From: Pelomyxa schiedti
Lineage: Eukaryota; Protista; Evosea
Direction: 5' to 3'
DNA length: 44,548 nt
Assembly: GCA_020536535.1 (NCBI GenBank)
Contig: JAHLWZ010000383.1
Span: forward strand, 1-44,548
Position numbers and translations under genes: made by a program. Position 1 is the stretch's first letter, and each line of letters begins with the position of its first letter. A model generated the notes under the pieces. The model was not told where the DNA came from. It saw nothing but the letters and a program-made list of their open reading frames with translations, and did not search any database. Of the stretch, positions 10,563 to 23,700 are shown piece after piece.

Positions 10563-13329
10563 TTGATGAAGCCGTCGGTGGACGCGTTTGCCGTGATGAT
10601 GGGAGCAGCAGCTCGCGGCGGAAGCACCAACTGCAACGGCACCAACAAGCACCGAGGAGGCGGCGGTGGCCGAGGTCGAGGGCGCGCCTCCCGCATTTTC
10701 CCGATCACGACGTCGTCCTCGGGTGTCAAGTTACCGCCGTCTCTTGGGGGTGGCGCCTATCTCGCGGCGACGCCTACTACTACCGCGGCAGCGCACGAGG
10801 ATGCCTACGCGCGGCGGGACCGCGGCGACGACGAAGTTTCTCTTCCACTGCGCCGGCCTCATCACCCCGATGAGGGTTGCGATTCACCCTTGCAAAACCC
10901 TAACGCAAATGCAACTGCAACGACGTCATCTGCCGCTACAACTGCAACTGCAGCTGCCTGTTCAAGCACAGACGCAGCAACTACAACTACCAGTGTGGCT
11001 GAAATGACCACTGAAACTACAACAACCACTGTGAGTGACAAACTTAATTGTGATACACACAAGGACTGTGACTTGGTGAAAACGTCGGAATTACAACCAG
11101 GCGATGGAATTGTGGGAGACCCTTCATCATCGAGCAAGACTTCTGCCGAATGTGGGACCAATTCTGTTTCCCCGAGCGATTCTTCTTCCCTGAAGATATC
11201 ACTGCCATCTGCCTCCCTCAGTCTTCCTATTGCTACTCCTACTTCTCCTGATTCTGCAGCCAACAGTTGTGTGGTTCCAGCTGCCAAAGATGCCTTCAGT
11301 GTACTTTTTGCCAATTCACGCAACGCCAGTGCCGTGGGCACAGGAAAGAGAAGGAAACTGTCGGGTTCCGGTGTGCCACGTACCGAAGTGTTCTCTCTCA
11401 CACTAGACGCCACCAAGTGTGAGTGGTCCTGGTCGTGGACTGCGAGTAAACCTGATACCCAACCAAGCCAAAGTCTGATTTTGCCCTCTGCATCTACCAC
11501 CTCTCCCCCACTTTTGCCAACGTCTCCGCTAAAAGGCTCGTCATGCAGTCTTCCTAGTACCTCTTCATCTGATCCTCCTAGCGCCTCTTCAATTCCACAC
11601 GGGGATTGGATTTATGTTCCATGCTGCCATCATAAAAACTCTGTCTGTGAGATTTCTACTGAGTGTCTGGAAAAGCGGCTAGATTCCTCATCTGTGAAAA
11701 CACTTGCCTCATTTGAGGAAGCCAGCAAGTCATTTACGACAGCGGCATCACTTATGCAAGAAAAAAAAAGTAGCTCCCAGATTTTATCTTGTACAAGTCA
11801 GTCTCTTAGTTCAACACAAACACCCCCTACTGGAACGCACCCCTACTGGACTCGCGCAAACGTTAATGGCCGATGGAGTGCTGTTTGTAACTATGTTGAT
11901 CCAGTCGACGGTATGAATGGCATATCCATTAAGAAACAAACTCAAACTCAAGATAAATGTTGTTGCAGGCTGTACTGTATCGGTGGCACTTGAAACGAAT
12001 CATACAGCTGCCAAGCCAATCAATTTAAATGATGATGCCTTGCGATGCAACATGAGCAGGCCAAACAGAAGACCCCTTAACTTGCCTCGATCTATTCTGA
12101 AGAGCCTTTTGCAGAAAAATGTTCGCCTTTGTAGACCAGATGCTGCTGTCAGGGCTGCTCTGGCGCTCATGAAGTATATGAGTGAAATAGCTGATCTCTC
12201 TTTAACCTTATTACAGATTAGATTTTGTTCATTTTATACGCCGCCTTTCCATCATCGTTGTTGAGGATGCCATTGCCCACCCACTCCTACCTTTTGTTGT
12301 CTGGCTTACACTGGCAGTATCCGCCCAGGGAGCTTGCTTTAATCTCACCAAGTGCCATGTTGAAACATGTCTCTGGATCGTTTCAGAACTGGCAACTATT
12401 AACATCAAGTATCTCCCCAGTAGAGCACCACCTTCTAAATTGTATTCAGGGACCCCTTTCCCGGCTACCACCAAGCACCCCTTACAACTTCTGAACTCCA
12501 GAGACTTCCGTGTCACCAGCAGAGCTTTGTCAAAGTGAGTACACTGTTCTCTGTCACATTTTTTTGCTTATCTCCCGAACAGTCGCTTTTTGTGCGGGCG
12601 GCGTTTGGTGGTATGAAGGGAGATGTGAAGATGTTGAAACTGTTTGGGAATCTCTGGACTAGACGCTTTCTTCAAGATATCCCTTCCCCTCTCTGGTGTG
12701 GAACTGAATTTTGTTGCTGGGAGAGCTTCATCTGCGGGATGTATTCACGGCATGCCACCAGAGCTATAGCTCTGGAAACTGTGGGACCACTATCAGAGTC
12801 AGGTACGATTCCACTTTTGATTCACAATTTAAATCTAGTGAACGGGCAGATATCCCTCTGTCCTGCGTTGACTTCCACTGCTGTTCCATAGACACTCTAT
12901 TATCCAATCAAGTGGTTATCGATTCCATCACCAACTTCGTAAAGGAGAATACAGGGTATGATCATCAACCACATAACAAAACAATATATTAATAGTAACA
13001 GCAATCTTACCAAACCCACCCAAACTGATTCAAACCTAAAAAGAGAAAATTCTGTACACCCTGAAGATATGTTGTTACTTATCAAGCGTGTAATGTGGCA
13101 CTTCCGCAGTAGCACCAATTTCAAGAAACCGGTTATTGAGATTCAGCAGAGCGACATTGAAGCTGCACACACAACAAGCTCGGCAATCAACACGCTCAGT
13201 GACCAGCGCCTAACCCCATTATGGGAATCACTCAAGGACCAGTTCGATGCGTTCTCGTACCAAACAATACAAAAAGTCCGCTACAACAACCCGGACACAA
13301 AATCTTGGTCACAAAGCACTGGCTTCTAA
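10563..13329 (+). CDS. Uncharacterised protein with MgsA/RarA C-terminal-like helical domain and long disordered N-terminus
   Basis: Spliced C-terminal part reads LKSLLQKNVRLCRPDAAVRAALALM..FIRRLSIIVVEDAIAHP..VWL..RAAFGGMKGDV..VDFHC. The first motifs resemble RarA SALHKSxRGSxPDAA / RRxxxxxxED. No Walker A motif seen. Confidence 0.6.
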
Positions 13330-13456
13330 AAAATCCAATTTTCATTCTCAGTTTTTATTGAATTTTTTTTCTTGTTGATAGACAAAGAGGTACAAGCATT
13401 TTGAATGCTGTGAGGTGGGTATTTCTTTTGCTTTTTTAAAGGTATGCTAGTGTATG

Positions 13457-15272
13457 TCACTGATGCTTGCAATCTTTGTTTGATGCATTATCCAAAGAAT
13501 GCTCCAGAGCCTCAAGTTCTTTGAGCTGTGCATCCATGGCCCTTTTAGCTTCCTCATCCTCGTCTTCTACTACTTCTTCCTCAACTTCCTCTTCTTCAAC
13601 CTCTTCTTCACCTTCTTCTCCTTCCTCGCCTTCTTCTACTTCCTCCTCTTCATCTTCATCATCCTCCACCGTTTTCAGTACGGCCTTTGTGATGAGGTCA
13701 AAGAACTGCCTCACACGCATCAGAAAGGCCTCTTTGTCCAGACTCTTGGAATACTCAAATAAGAAGGTGATGAACTTGGTCATATTTGCCTTGGAGGCCC
13801 ATTTTGCTAGCTCCTCACTTTCAACAGAACCTGGTTGTAAAAGTTCAGAGCCGGAGTCAAGAAAGAAGAAAAAAGTGTACCAGATTTGTCAATATCCACA
13901 ATGTCAAACATAACCTCAGATGTGCTCACTAATTCCTTTCCGGTCTTTGTCAGCCAGTCTTGGGCCTTTGAATGCTTGCAAGTGGCACCCAGCTCTTCTT
14001 TCATCTTTGTTTCGACGGTTTTTGCATCAAGGCTGTTCCATTTAAGGAAGAACATTCCAATTATAACTTCCTTTAGTGACACTGCTCCACTTCGGTCAAC
14101 ATCAAAGAGGTTAAAGAGAGTATCTCTTTCTTGAACAAATTCATCACTGCCATCAATCTGTTTTTTTTTAGCATAAAGGAAGAATGGAAAAAAGTTACAT
14201 AGGGTAGAATGACACCACAATCCTCCTCAGTAATTTCAGCTACCCCAAGCCTTGTGAAGATGTTGACGATCTTGTCAAACTGATCATTAGGTAAAACAGA
14301 CATGTCCTTTAGTTTTATTCCCTCAGCCATAGCTTCAGCTTGTGCCTGCTGCTGTGCAGCAAGGGCTTCTGCTGTTTTTGGCGGTCTTTTTGGAATTTGG
14401 TTGAAAACCTGTTGTGGCATTAGCACAAAAGTGCCTCTTTCTTTTGTTCATACCTCTTGATTCCAGGTGCCAGTAAAAGCAGCGAATTTTCTTTCAGTTA
14501 AAAGCTCGCTAATTTCATCTTGGTATGTCTCTATTGCGGGTGCATAAATAATTCTAATGTTTTCATGTAAAAAACCACAGTACCAGTAAAGAGTTTAGAG
14601 GGATCTTTGCACGCCCATACAACATCTTCCTGGAACAGTTGTGGTTTTTGCTTGAGAGATTGGAATCTCCACGAAGAAATCTTTTCTGCAGTCATTGACT
14701 GCTCCATCATAACTGTCAACTTTTGCATAATGCTCTTTCATTTTGGAGGTTAGAGGCGCCTACGTGCCAATTGGGGGAAAAAAAACTCACAGCAAGAGGC
14801 TTAGGCAGCTCTGCAGTACCAGCATAAAGTGAATCAACAAGTTGCTCTGTTCTATCCCGGACAGCAACAACACGGTACTTAGCCTATTTCAAGTCAACAA
14901 AACAGAAACCAAACAAACAAGCAAAAGGGTAGGAGGGAATAAAATAAATTTGCTTATTTAAAATAAGTCTGAATTCGGAACTAAAAGTTAAAACCCCTCC
15001 TCCCACAATGAGGTTCGGTCAATGGGAACCTGGGACGGGGTGAGGGCCATGGACACCATCGTTGCCTCGATGTCGGCGTAAGCCTTGAGCAACGAGTCTC
15101 TCATCTTGAGTGCCTTCTGGGCCTCGGCCAACTTGGCCGCCTTGGCCGCCGCCGTCTCGCTGCTGCTCGCGGCCGCAGCGGACGTCGTGGTGGTCGTCGA
15201 CGTCGCCTTGCTGACGACCTTGCGCTTCACTGTTGTCTTCTTGGTGGTGGTCGACGCAGTTGTGGTGCTCAT
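13457..15272 (-). CDS. EF-hand calcium-binding protein with acidic C-terminal tract (multi-exon)
   Basis: EF-hand loops FNLFDVDRSGAVSLKE and FDIVDIDKSG(S)VESEE, a Glu-rich tail, and start MSTTTAS at 15272. Confidence 0.75.
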
Positions 15273-15538
15273 TTTGTCTACGGAAAAATTTGGGGTGTTG
15301 CTTGGTTGTTGAATGGTTTCTTTTGTATGTTGAGAAAGGAGTGTGTTCTGTAGAGACCCAGAATCTTCCAGTCTCTGCCACACTCCTTAACTACAAAATG
15401 TAGGCCACTCCTTGTCTCGGTGGATCTGAAGTTCTGTGATTCAGATCGCCAGTGCGATCTAGCGAAAAAGAAAAAAACGGGCGGAACGTTGTAGACGAAT
15501 GAACGCTGTGTCTTTGACGTCTGCTTCAGCACCAACAC

Positions 15539-15571
15539 AAGTGAATCAACAAGTTGCTATGTTCTATCCCG
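15539..15571. repeat. Degenerate intergenic copy of a coding segment (14827-14859) of the adjacent EF-hand gene
   Basis: AAGTGAATCAACAAGTTGCT[C/A]TGTTCTATCCCG, 32 of 33 nt identical between the two positions. Confidence 0.85.
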
Positions 15572-17763
15572 TGCAACAACAGACAAAAGGGTGACAACAA
15601 ACAAGGTGACAAACAGCACAACACGAAACATTCCCCTGTCAAGATATGATGGAAGAAATAAACCTTTTTTTTGTTTTCGAATTTTTTTAGTGTTCCCGCG
15701 GTGACATAGGGGAATTGTGTCGACCTTAAACCTAACATTGTCTTTTAAGTCTCAAGGCGTGAGAACAGAATTGGTTGCTTGTCGAGCCAGATAGTGAAAG
15801 TAACCAATTCTATTCTCAAGTGAGGGCACGAACCTACGTGATTTGAAATCACAGCATTCAGGAGTGGTTTCTGTTTCCCTGTTTTGGCAATCGCCTTCAG
15901 AATTTTCCCCTACAAGCCGGAACGAGCATATTTTGTGGTGTGAGTTCATTGTAACCCCTGTTCAGCCAGTACCTGCACTTAGGCCCTCTCCTTTCCAGCA
16001 ATTGATGGCACATGTCACTGTATGCACCCTGGGTACGCACATAGTCATATCCATTCCCACTCATGATTTCAATGATACCGAACAGTGGCTCAAGGGGGCC
16101 TATAATAAAATAAAATACACGCATGCGGGGGTAAATTGGCTATCTGCCGAGCATTGACCTCCACGCCATGACATCATCAAGAGCAACCAACAAGTCATCG
16201 ACATGGAAATGGTGATCCATTACATTCCACAGTACCATCCAACCTTAAAAATGATAAGCATGAGACAAGTTAAGTTATAAAGGGATACATGAGGTTTGAG
16301 CCAAATCGACATTGCATTGGTGCAGGTGCTTCCTCGAGCAACGTGACTGCTTCTAACAACAACACAATCCGCCGTCTCTAATAAGCATATTCTCAGCCAC
16401 ATTCTGATGGGTGTTGAAACTAAAACCTGTCTTGTATTTGGTTTTGAGTCTGAATAAGGGAATCATTTCACCTCCTCCTCCAGTGTCATTTGGAATGGGG
16501 AGGAATGACGTGAGTGGGGGCAATACTCGAATCCTCTTACAGTGGTTGTTAACAAGCACGTCCCCGGTGTGTGAGCAACACTTCTTCACAACGTAGTGAA
16601 ATCAATCTGAGGATTCCAGGCTGGAGTCTTTGTGTTCCTCCTGTTTGACAGAGTAGAGATAGCGTTCCAACAGAAGAAGTAGGAGGACCCTGTGGGGCCA
16701 AATCAACACAACTCAGAATCTGGTGCAGAGAATACTGAGAGGCGGTTTTTTTTTTGATGTGTCGGTTGGGTGCAACGACACATCTCCCGGAGACCCGTTG
16801 GCGTTGGGAGGGGAAAATGCACCAAAACCAAAAACCACAATGGGGATTTCCTTCCTCCTTGGGCAATAATCATCAGCGCCGCACAACAATGGATGCCGGC
16901 GGAGGTTGCAGGAAAAAATGCTGAAAGCGGCCTTGATGAAGCATGCTCCAACATCAATCAACGATTTGTGTGTCTATCCAGGCATCTTGTCCACCACGAA
17001 TATATGTGTTGCCAACATATGCCGGGGCAACAACAATACAGCTGGTCCGGTACACAACCCAGGAACGATGGGGGGAGCCCATAACCAAAAAAAAGAGGCA
17101 CCAACCAATCACGTTCACTACCGCAATCACGACGGATGACTTCGTAGTAGCCGACAACCCCACGATAATGATGCCACGTCACGGCATCCCACAATTGCCA
17201 CGCGGACCCCGCCGTCTCGCCTCGTTCGGGCACGGGTGTGTTGTTCCCCTCCGCAGCAACACCCGGCCGCGTCACCACCTCCAAAAAAAACATTGGTAAA
17301 AGTGCGTAATTTTTAGACCTTTCGTTGTTTCCTTTCTCGTATCGTTTTTTAATTTTTTTGCCTGCCTTTCGTTTTTTCCTCTTTAATTTTCTTTTCGCTC
17401 GCAATTCTCCGGTCACAATACCGTACACCGGCGTGTTTTACTGTACAACATTGTCGTCACAGCCTCTGACGTGTTTAGTCTCTTATGTTCTTGTATGGTT
17501 GTTGTTGGTTTTCTGTTTTCGCGCTTACGTAAAAAGTTTTTTTCATTTTTTTTTAAACCTCGTTTGTTTTTAGTGCAGGGAATGCCTCGTTGCTATGTCT
17601 TTTTCAGCACCACCACACGGCCCATTTCAAATGAGGTAGTTTGAATTATTATAATTTTATACAGTAACCCTAACATTTTCCACCAGGATTGAATTCCTGG
17701 GGGTGGTTCTCTTCTGTTTGTGCATGTGGGTGATGATGGGATTCCACCATTTCGTTACCAGAG

Positions 17764-18105
17764 CTTGAGTGGCATATACCGGCTTTGGGAAGATATGACA
17801 CCCCCCACTCAAAGCACAAACAGGAGCACACAAGAGACCACCCCCAGAGAGAGACCAGAGACCCACGAAATTCGGCCCATTTCANNNNNNNNNNNNNNNN
17901 NNNNNNNNNNNNNNNNNNNNNNNNNNNNNNNNNNNNNNNNNNNNNNNNNNNNNNNNNNNNNNNNNNNNNNNNNNNNNNNNNNNNCTTGAGTGGCATATAC
18001 CGGCTTTGGGAAGATATGACACCCCCCACTCAAAGCACAAACAGGAGCACACAAGAGACCACCCCCAGAGAGAGACCAGAGACCCACGAAATTCGGCCCA
18101 TTTCA
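17764..18105. other. Scaffold gap (100 N, 17885-17984) with identical 121-bp flanks; assembly artifact
   Basis: 17764-17884 equals 17985-18105. Confidence 0.9.
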
Positions 18106-18352
18106 CCCACAACTGAGAATGCGGTTCATAAAAATTTTTTCGTATGTGTAGATTCTTATCCCCCGATTTTTATTTCGCATCGGCTTACGGTTAAACGAAG
18201 GTGTGAAGAGCAACTGGAGTACGATGCACTGCACAATGGCCGTGTTGCCTTATCGACCTAGACTACACTACGACCCAAAGAATCTCCTCTATCTTGTAAC
18301 TCTTTCAGTTTAAAAGTACAGGGGGCTTGTAGTAGTGGGAGCACAACAACAA

Positions 18353-21300
18353 TCACTCCAAGCTTTGTACTTTTTTGAGCTTGGACGCGAGTGTGAGAGC
18401 CTTTGGTGAATCGGGGGACTCCTGTTCGATGCACGTAGTGTAGAACTGCATGAGAGCCTGCTTTTGTCTGACAACGTCCCTGTGTGCCTCGTTCTTGAAC
18501 ACATCACGTGTTACGGCAAGTGCTTCAATGTAGAACTGCTCTGCTTGATCCAAAAATCCAGCCCTGAGGTTGAGAACAGCCGCATCATTCAGAGTGAGTG
18601 CAACTGGTGGACAATTAGTGTAATGTACTGTAAAGTAATGTAATGGGATGTGTTCTGTTTTGTGTGGAATTGATTATATGGTTGGGAAATGCACACCATC
18701 GGGGTGGTCGTATCCTTGGGTTTTTTCTAGAATGCTGAGTGCTCGGGTATACAGTGGCATGATTTCGTCGTAGGGTGCGTTTTGCCTTTGCGCAATGTTG
18801 GCCAATAGGTTGAGTGTTTGAGCAACATCTAGGTAAAATCAATGGTTGATAAGGCACCAAGGAAACAATTGGACTTACTGCAGTGATTTTCTCCAAACAG
18901 ACCAGTTAAAATACCGAGACTTTCTTGGAGCATTTTCTGCGCGGATGCTGTATCTCCAAGATCAGCTTTGAGTTCTGCAAGATTGTTCATTGACTGAGCT
19001 GTATCTGGGTGATTTTTCCCGAATGCCTTTCGTAACTGAGAATAAAATAAACTCGGAGTTTCATAAATACTTGAAGTCGAATAGAAAGTGCCCGTTCATA
19101 AAGTGGTTCTGCTGAAGGGCGCTTGCCCTGCCGAGCAAAAAGAACAGCATAGTCATTCAAAGAGAGAGCCAAATCCTACAAGCTGTTAATGCCAAGAAGA
19201 ATGGAAATTATACCAACAGGGTGCGTTGGACCAAGTAGCTGCTCTCTTATTGATATACTTTGCTTATATAGTTCTTCTGCCTTGTCAAAAAATCCTTTTT
19301 CCATAAAGTTCCCAGCAAGGGTATTCAACACTCTGGCTACATCGGGATGAATTTCCCCAAATCTTGTATTGTTACTCGATATGTAGTGTTGTAATATCTT
19401 ACAATCGCTCATAGATATCAAACGCTCGTCCAAGAAGAATTTCTGAGGAACAGTAAAACAATGCTTGAACAAGATAGCAAACCTGCGTCATCATATCGAC
19501 TTTCATCTATTAAAAGGCTGGCAAAATTACTCAATGTCATAGCAACATCGGGGTGGTTTGGACTAGGAATGTTTATTACCTCAAAAAACACATTAGGCAA
19601 CAAACCCAAGAGCCGATTCCCTTATCCGCAGTGCTTTTCTGAAGTATTCTTCAGATAAAGGATTGTTATTAAGGTCTTGGTATAAAGCACCCAAGCTATT
19701 GTAGCTATCTGCTACATCAGGATGACTACCACCAAGTATCTAGTAAAGTTAGATCCAGAAATGAGTCTTCTCCTGAACCTTCTCCCTGATGGTTAATGCT
19801 CTTAAGTACAGTGGCTCAGCCTCTTGATATTTTCCCATTTTTCTATATACTACTCCCATACTGAAAGGGAAAAGGTTATTGTGTTACCCTGTTTGTACCC
19901 CTTCTCCTTACTCATTTAAAGTTGAAGCCACAGGGAGACTAGACTCTCCAGAAAGATTCTCACGTGTTTTTAAAGAATCTTGGTAGAAAGGGAGAGCAGA
20001 CTGATACTTGCCAGTTAGGCGGAGCAAGTACCCCATACAATCACTGAAAGTAAGTGAGTATTCCGAAAAAAAGCTAGGGTAGTACCAAGTTTCAGCAAAA
20101 ATATCCTTTTCTGGCAGGGTGCAGCCGATTTGAAAAGCGGCATCATAACTACTGCTCCCTAGTGAGTAATTACCTATATCCTGGAGTACAGTTACGCTTC
20201 AGAATATGAACATAACCAACCTCGAAGAATTTTCCAGCTTTTAGATATTTATTGCACAAGCTCTTTTTCTCCTCAGTTCGGGCAGATAGAGTTACATTTT
20301 TTATGAGTAGTTGATCAACGGGAACAACTTTTTCGCACTTCAGATGTTAATTAATTTGGGCCCAAATGCACTAAGAACGAGAATACCTGTCGCCAATAAA
20401 CATAAAGGAGGAACCGAGTTTGAGGACTACACAAGTCCAAAAATACATCAGGCAATGTGAGAAAGTTTGCTAGAGCATTAGTATCTCCACTCTTGAAATA
20501 TTGGTAGGACAGTTCTTGTGATTTTCTGTTGCCAGTGAAAAATAAGTCACGTTAAGTTGAGCGAACCTTGGTGAGTTCGGACAATTACTATAATAGTTGA
20601 GCAGAAGATGCCGGACTTCCTGGACTTTGCTTGGTGTATGCATATAACGCTTTTCAACTGCCACACGTATGTAGTCATGAGAAAAGGAAATTACACCAAA
20701 ATTGGAGAAGAACATGTCCTGTGGGTTCTCAATCCAAGGGGAGTATTCCTTGAAATTACCTTGATTGATACAAAGATACTACTCCATACAACGCGAGAAA
20801 GGTGACAAATATCTAAAATTTCCTGTTCATACAGCCCCTTCTCTGAAAGAAAAATCGATGACAAAGTTTTTTCAAGGGCAGGCCTATGTTTATATCACCT
20901 CTACTCTTGGATATTAAAGATTTACTTATTTTCCCCCAGATCCTCTTCAAGACGAGTAAAAACGTGTTGAATCAGGTCAGGGACTGTGTCACTGGATAAA
21001 TATAGCTTAATCCTTGTAGTAACTTGCTCAAATACCTTAATACTGAGTCAAATTAAGAAAATAAGATTCCTTGAGTTATACTCCAAAGAAATGAAGTTCC
21101 TCCAAAATAGTACGTAAATAGAGAGGTAATTTGCACGGTTCCGAATCTTGAAGTAGGGCGAGCTGAGAATCAGCAAGGGTTTTACCATAGTGACCCAAAA
21201 GTCTTTTTGTGAAATTGTAATTTCGGATTACAAGATGAAATACACACGTACTCGCGAGAGAGGACGGCAATATCGGTTCTAGAGAGGGGTGGCACTGGTA

Positions 21301-23700
21301 AAATTTGCCAATTTCTAGACTTTGCTACTTCAGTGCATCTTCCCTCTCTTGAGGATAAAACGAACTGCACCTGAGGAGGTATTTGCATTGGTAGCCAAGC
21401 TTTTGTTTTTTAATCACAACAACTCTCAAGATAAATGCCTCACCTAGTTCTTGTGCATTCACATCACTTATTTGATCAATTCCATCTATTATAACAAGTA
21501 ATGCAGTGCTTCTGGAAGCTTCAACTAGCCAGTGGGGGAACTCTTCAATGAGTGCATGTTTGTCAGTTGGAATTTTTCTGTGCGTTGTGAGGAATTGCTT
21601 CAATGAAAGAAAAGTACTTTTTAACATTGAACAGCAAGGATATTTCACTTACAAGTCGATGCAGCAGTGACTGCAAATCCGTACTTGTTGGGGAACAACC
21701 AACGAAGTGCGAGATGGTCTTAAAACAGTGTGTGATTAATTTGTAGGTTTTATTTTCCATTTTCTTACCACTTGATTTGAATGGGTTTGTTCATAATGAA
21801 ATGCAAAGTTAGCTAATAAAGCACTTTTTCCTGGAAGACAGTGATTTTTGGAATCTAAATTACAAACGGATACCACAGCCAGCAGCTCCAGTAATAATAA
21901 TTGGTATTGGATGTGCTGATGCATTGGCGAAAGAATTATCAGTAGCGAGTGTGAGATTTTGAATCAAGCACTCTCCATCGACATATAGTCTAGTACGAGC
22001 AGAACAGAAGGCATCATGTGCATCATGCTCCATCTCTAGGGTCGAGGGAACTTCACTTACTGGGAAATCTCTATAGTGAGTTAATAAATCATTTTCAAAA
22101 TAAGGAGATAGCCTGTCAAGTAGAGTCCTCAAATTTTGTTTGACCATCTCTGCTACTTCTCCTGGATTACTGTACTCGGAAACGGTACCTTCTTTCCTAG
22201 CCACGTGCAACGGTAAGACAGTTATTATAATAGTTATTCATACCGTATTAACCCCTTCAATTGAGAAAGCCGTGACTTTGCATGATCACTTTCTGACAAG
22301 AAATTATCACCTCTACTTGTACTATAGGTTGGATTGCGGAAGTAAAATAGTGCGTGATCAGATTGCTGTGGGTCGTTGAGATCTAGATTGTGTTGCTTGG
22401 AGTAATATGTTCAAACTCATTCATTACATGCATGGCGAATTTCAAGTTCGGTGATTGATGCCTGCGGGTGCTTAGCTACCCAGGGAAAGTCAAGGGATGC
22501 CCGCCCAAATGTCTTTTGTAATAACAGATCTTTCACTAGAATTATCAATTTGAAGGAAGAGTTAGAAGATGCCTGGAGTCCCAGGGGGCTGGTGCCAGCC
22601 ATATCTCTCCCCCAACATGCACACAAACCATGGCCGGCAATTGTCAACTGATAAATTTAGTTGTCGTAAGTAAGAGTTCACACACTTTCTGAAAGGCAAA
22701 TCTTAAGAGTGCTACCCTCTGAAGATTGTTCTGTCTGGGAAAATTAGCACAGGAGTATTTTTGAGGAGACTGTACAGTTATACCCCATCGCAGATCAACT
22801 TCACTAAGGAAAACACCTCTCGGAGAATAAATGGATTGTAATTCAGGGATAACCTTGACAAGGGTAAATTGTTTTAAAGAGCTGGAAAAGTATGTGCCTT
22901 TTTTATAAGTAATTCCCTCTCTTCCATCATATCTCGGAACGTTGACGAGAAAAATATCCGTACAACACGGTTTCTCTTATCTGCTTTCCTTTTGTCACGT
23001 ATAACTTTGTAGTGGGGTATATATGCATCAGAATCTACAGAAGCAAAATCGTGACGGATGGAAGGTGACCCAAGAAGGCTTTTTTTTAAAGAAAAAAAAA
23101 GAAGAAGAATGAGTGAGGTAGTGTAAAGATACTGACTCCTACCATTCGATAGCTGAGCGACCAGGGGGAGGTTCAAATACTGACAAAATTTTACATTGTT
23201 GTTCCAGCTGTGCAATTCGTTCTTCATCAAGTTCAGAAAGGATATCCTCAACCACACTCTGTGGGAGATCTAAAATACAATTGCCATCTTGGTTTTGATG
23301 GAGTTGGTTGATGGCTTGCGCCAAAGCTGCTGCTGATTCATCTGGCAAAATGACAGGTTTTGGTGTCTCTATGGAGCCACCTCCCTTTTCCAAAAGGTAA
23401 ATGAAATCCCCATATATTTAGTAGAAACCGTATCAAGAAGTTCCAAAGACAGAGCTTTCCTTGGGCAAAAACCTAAGAGCAAGAAATATTAATAACGTAA
23501 ATCAAACTAAGAGAGTACCATAAAATATTACTTATTTACGAGGTCAAGAAATTTAGTTTAACCCTCCTAATTCTATAGACTTCTTTGCCTCAATCAGAGT
23601 GCAAGTACATACTTATGGGTTGTGAATTTGAAGGAGCAGCACTGTTTGCCGCCAACGATCCAGCGTCCAGTGTGTTTCGGGTCGACAATCCAGATGACAT
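18353..23700 (-). CDS. DUF4062-NACHT-TPR protein (nephrocystin-3-like STAND NTPase; many introns, 5' end uncertain)
   Basis: DUF4062 motifs VRIFFSSTFRDMMEERELL..VDLRWGIT..LGERYGW. Walker A ITGAAGCGKSALL and Walker B VIIDGIDQ. PLYLRTILEEL and FSHDYIRVAVEKRY follow, then kinesin-light-chain-type TPRs (HPDVADSYNSLG, HPDVAMTLSNFA, HPDVARVLNTLA). Stop at 18353. Confidence 0.88.

Noticed and set aside
16170-16220. Minus-strand FHVDDLLVA resembling a reverse transcriptase YVDD motif
   Set aside because: It lies in a very short ORF, and no other RT motifs, LTRs or integrase are seen.
17764-18105. Direct repeats around N gaps as LTRs or tandem duplications (also 27405-27746)
   Set aside because: Both are exactly 121 bp, identical and abut 100-N spacers, which is the signature of k-mer overlap.
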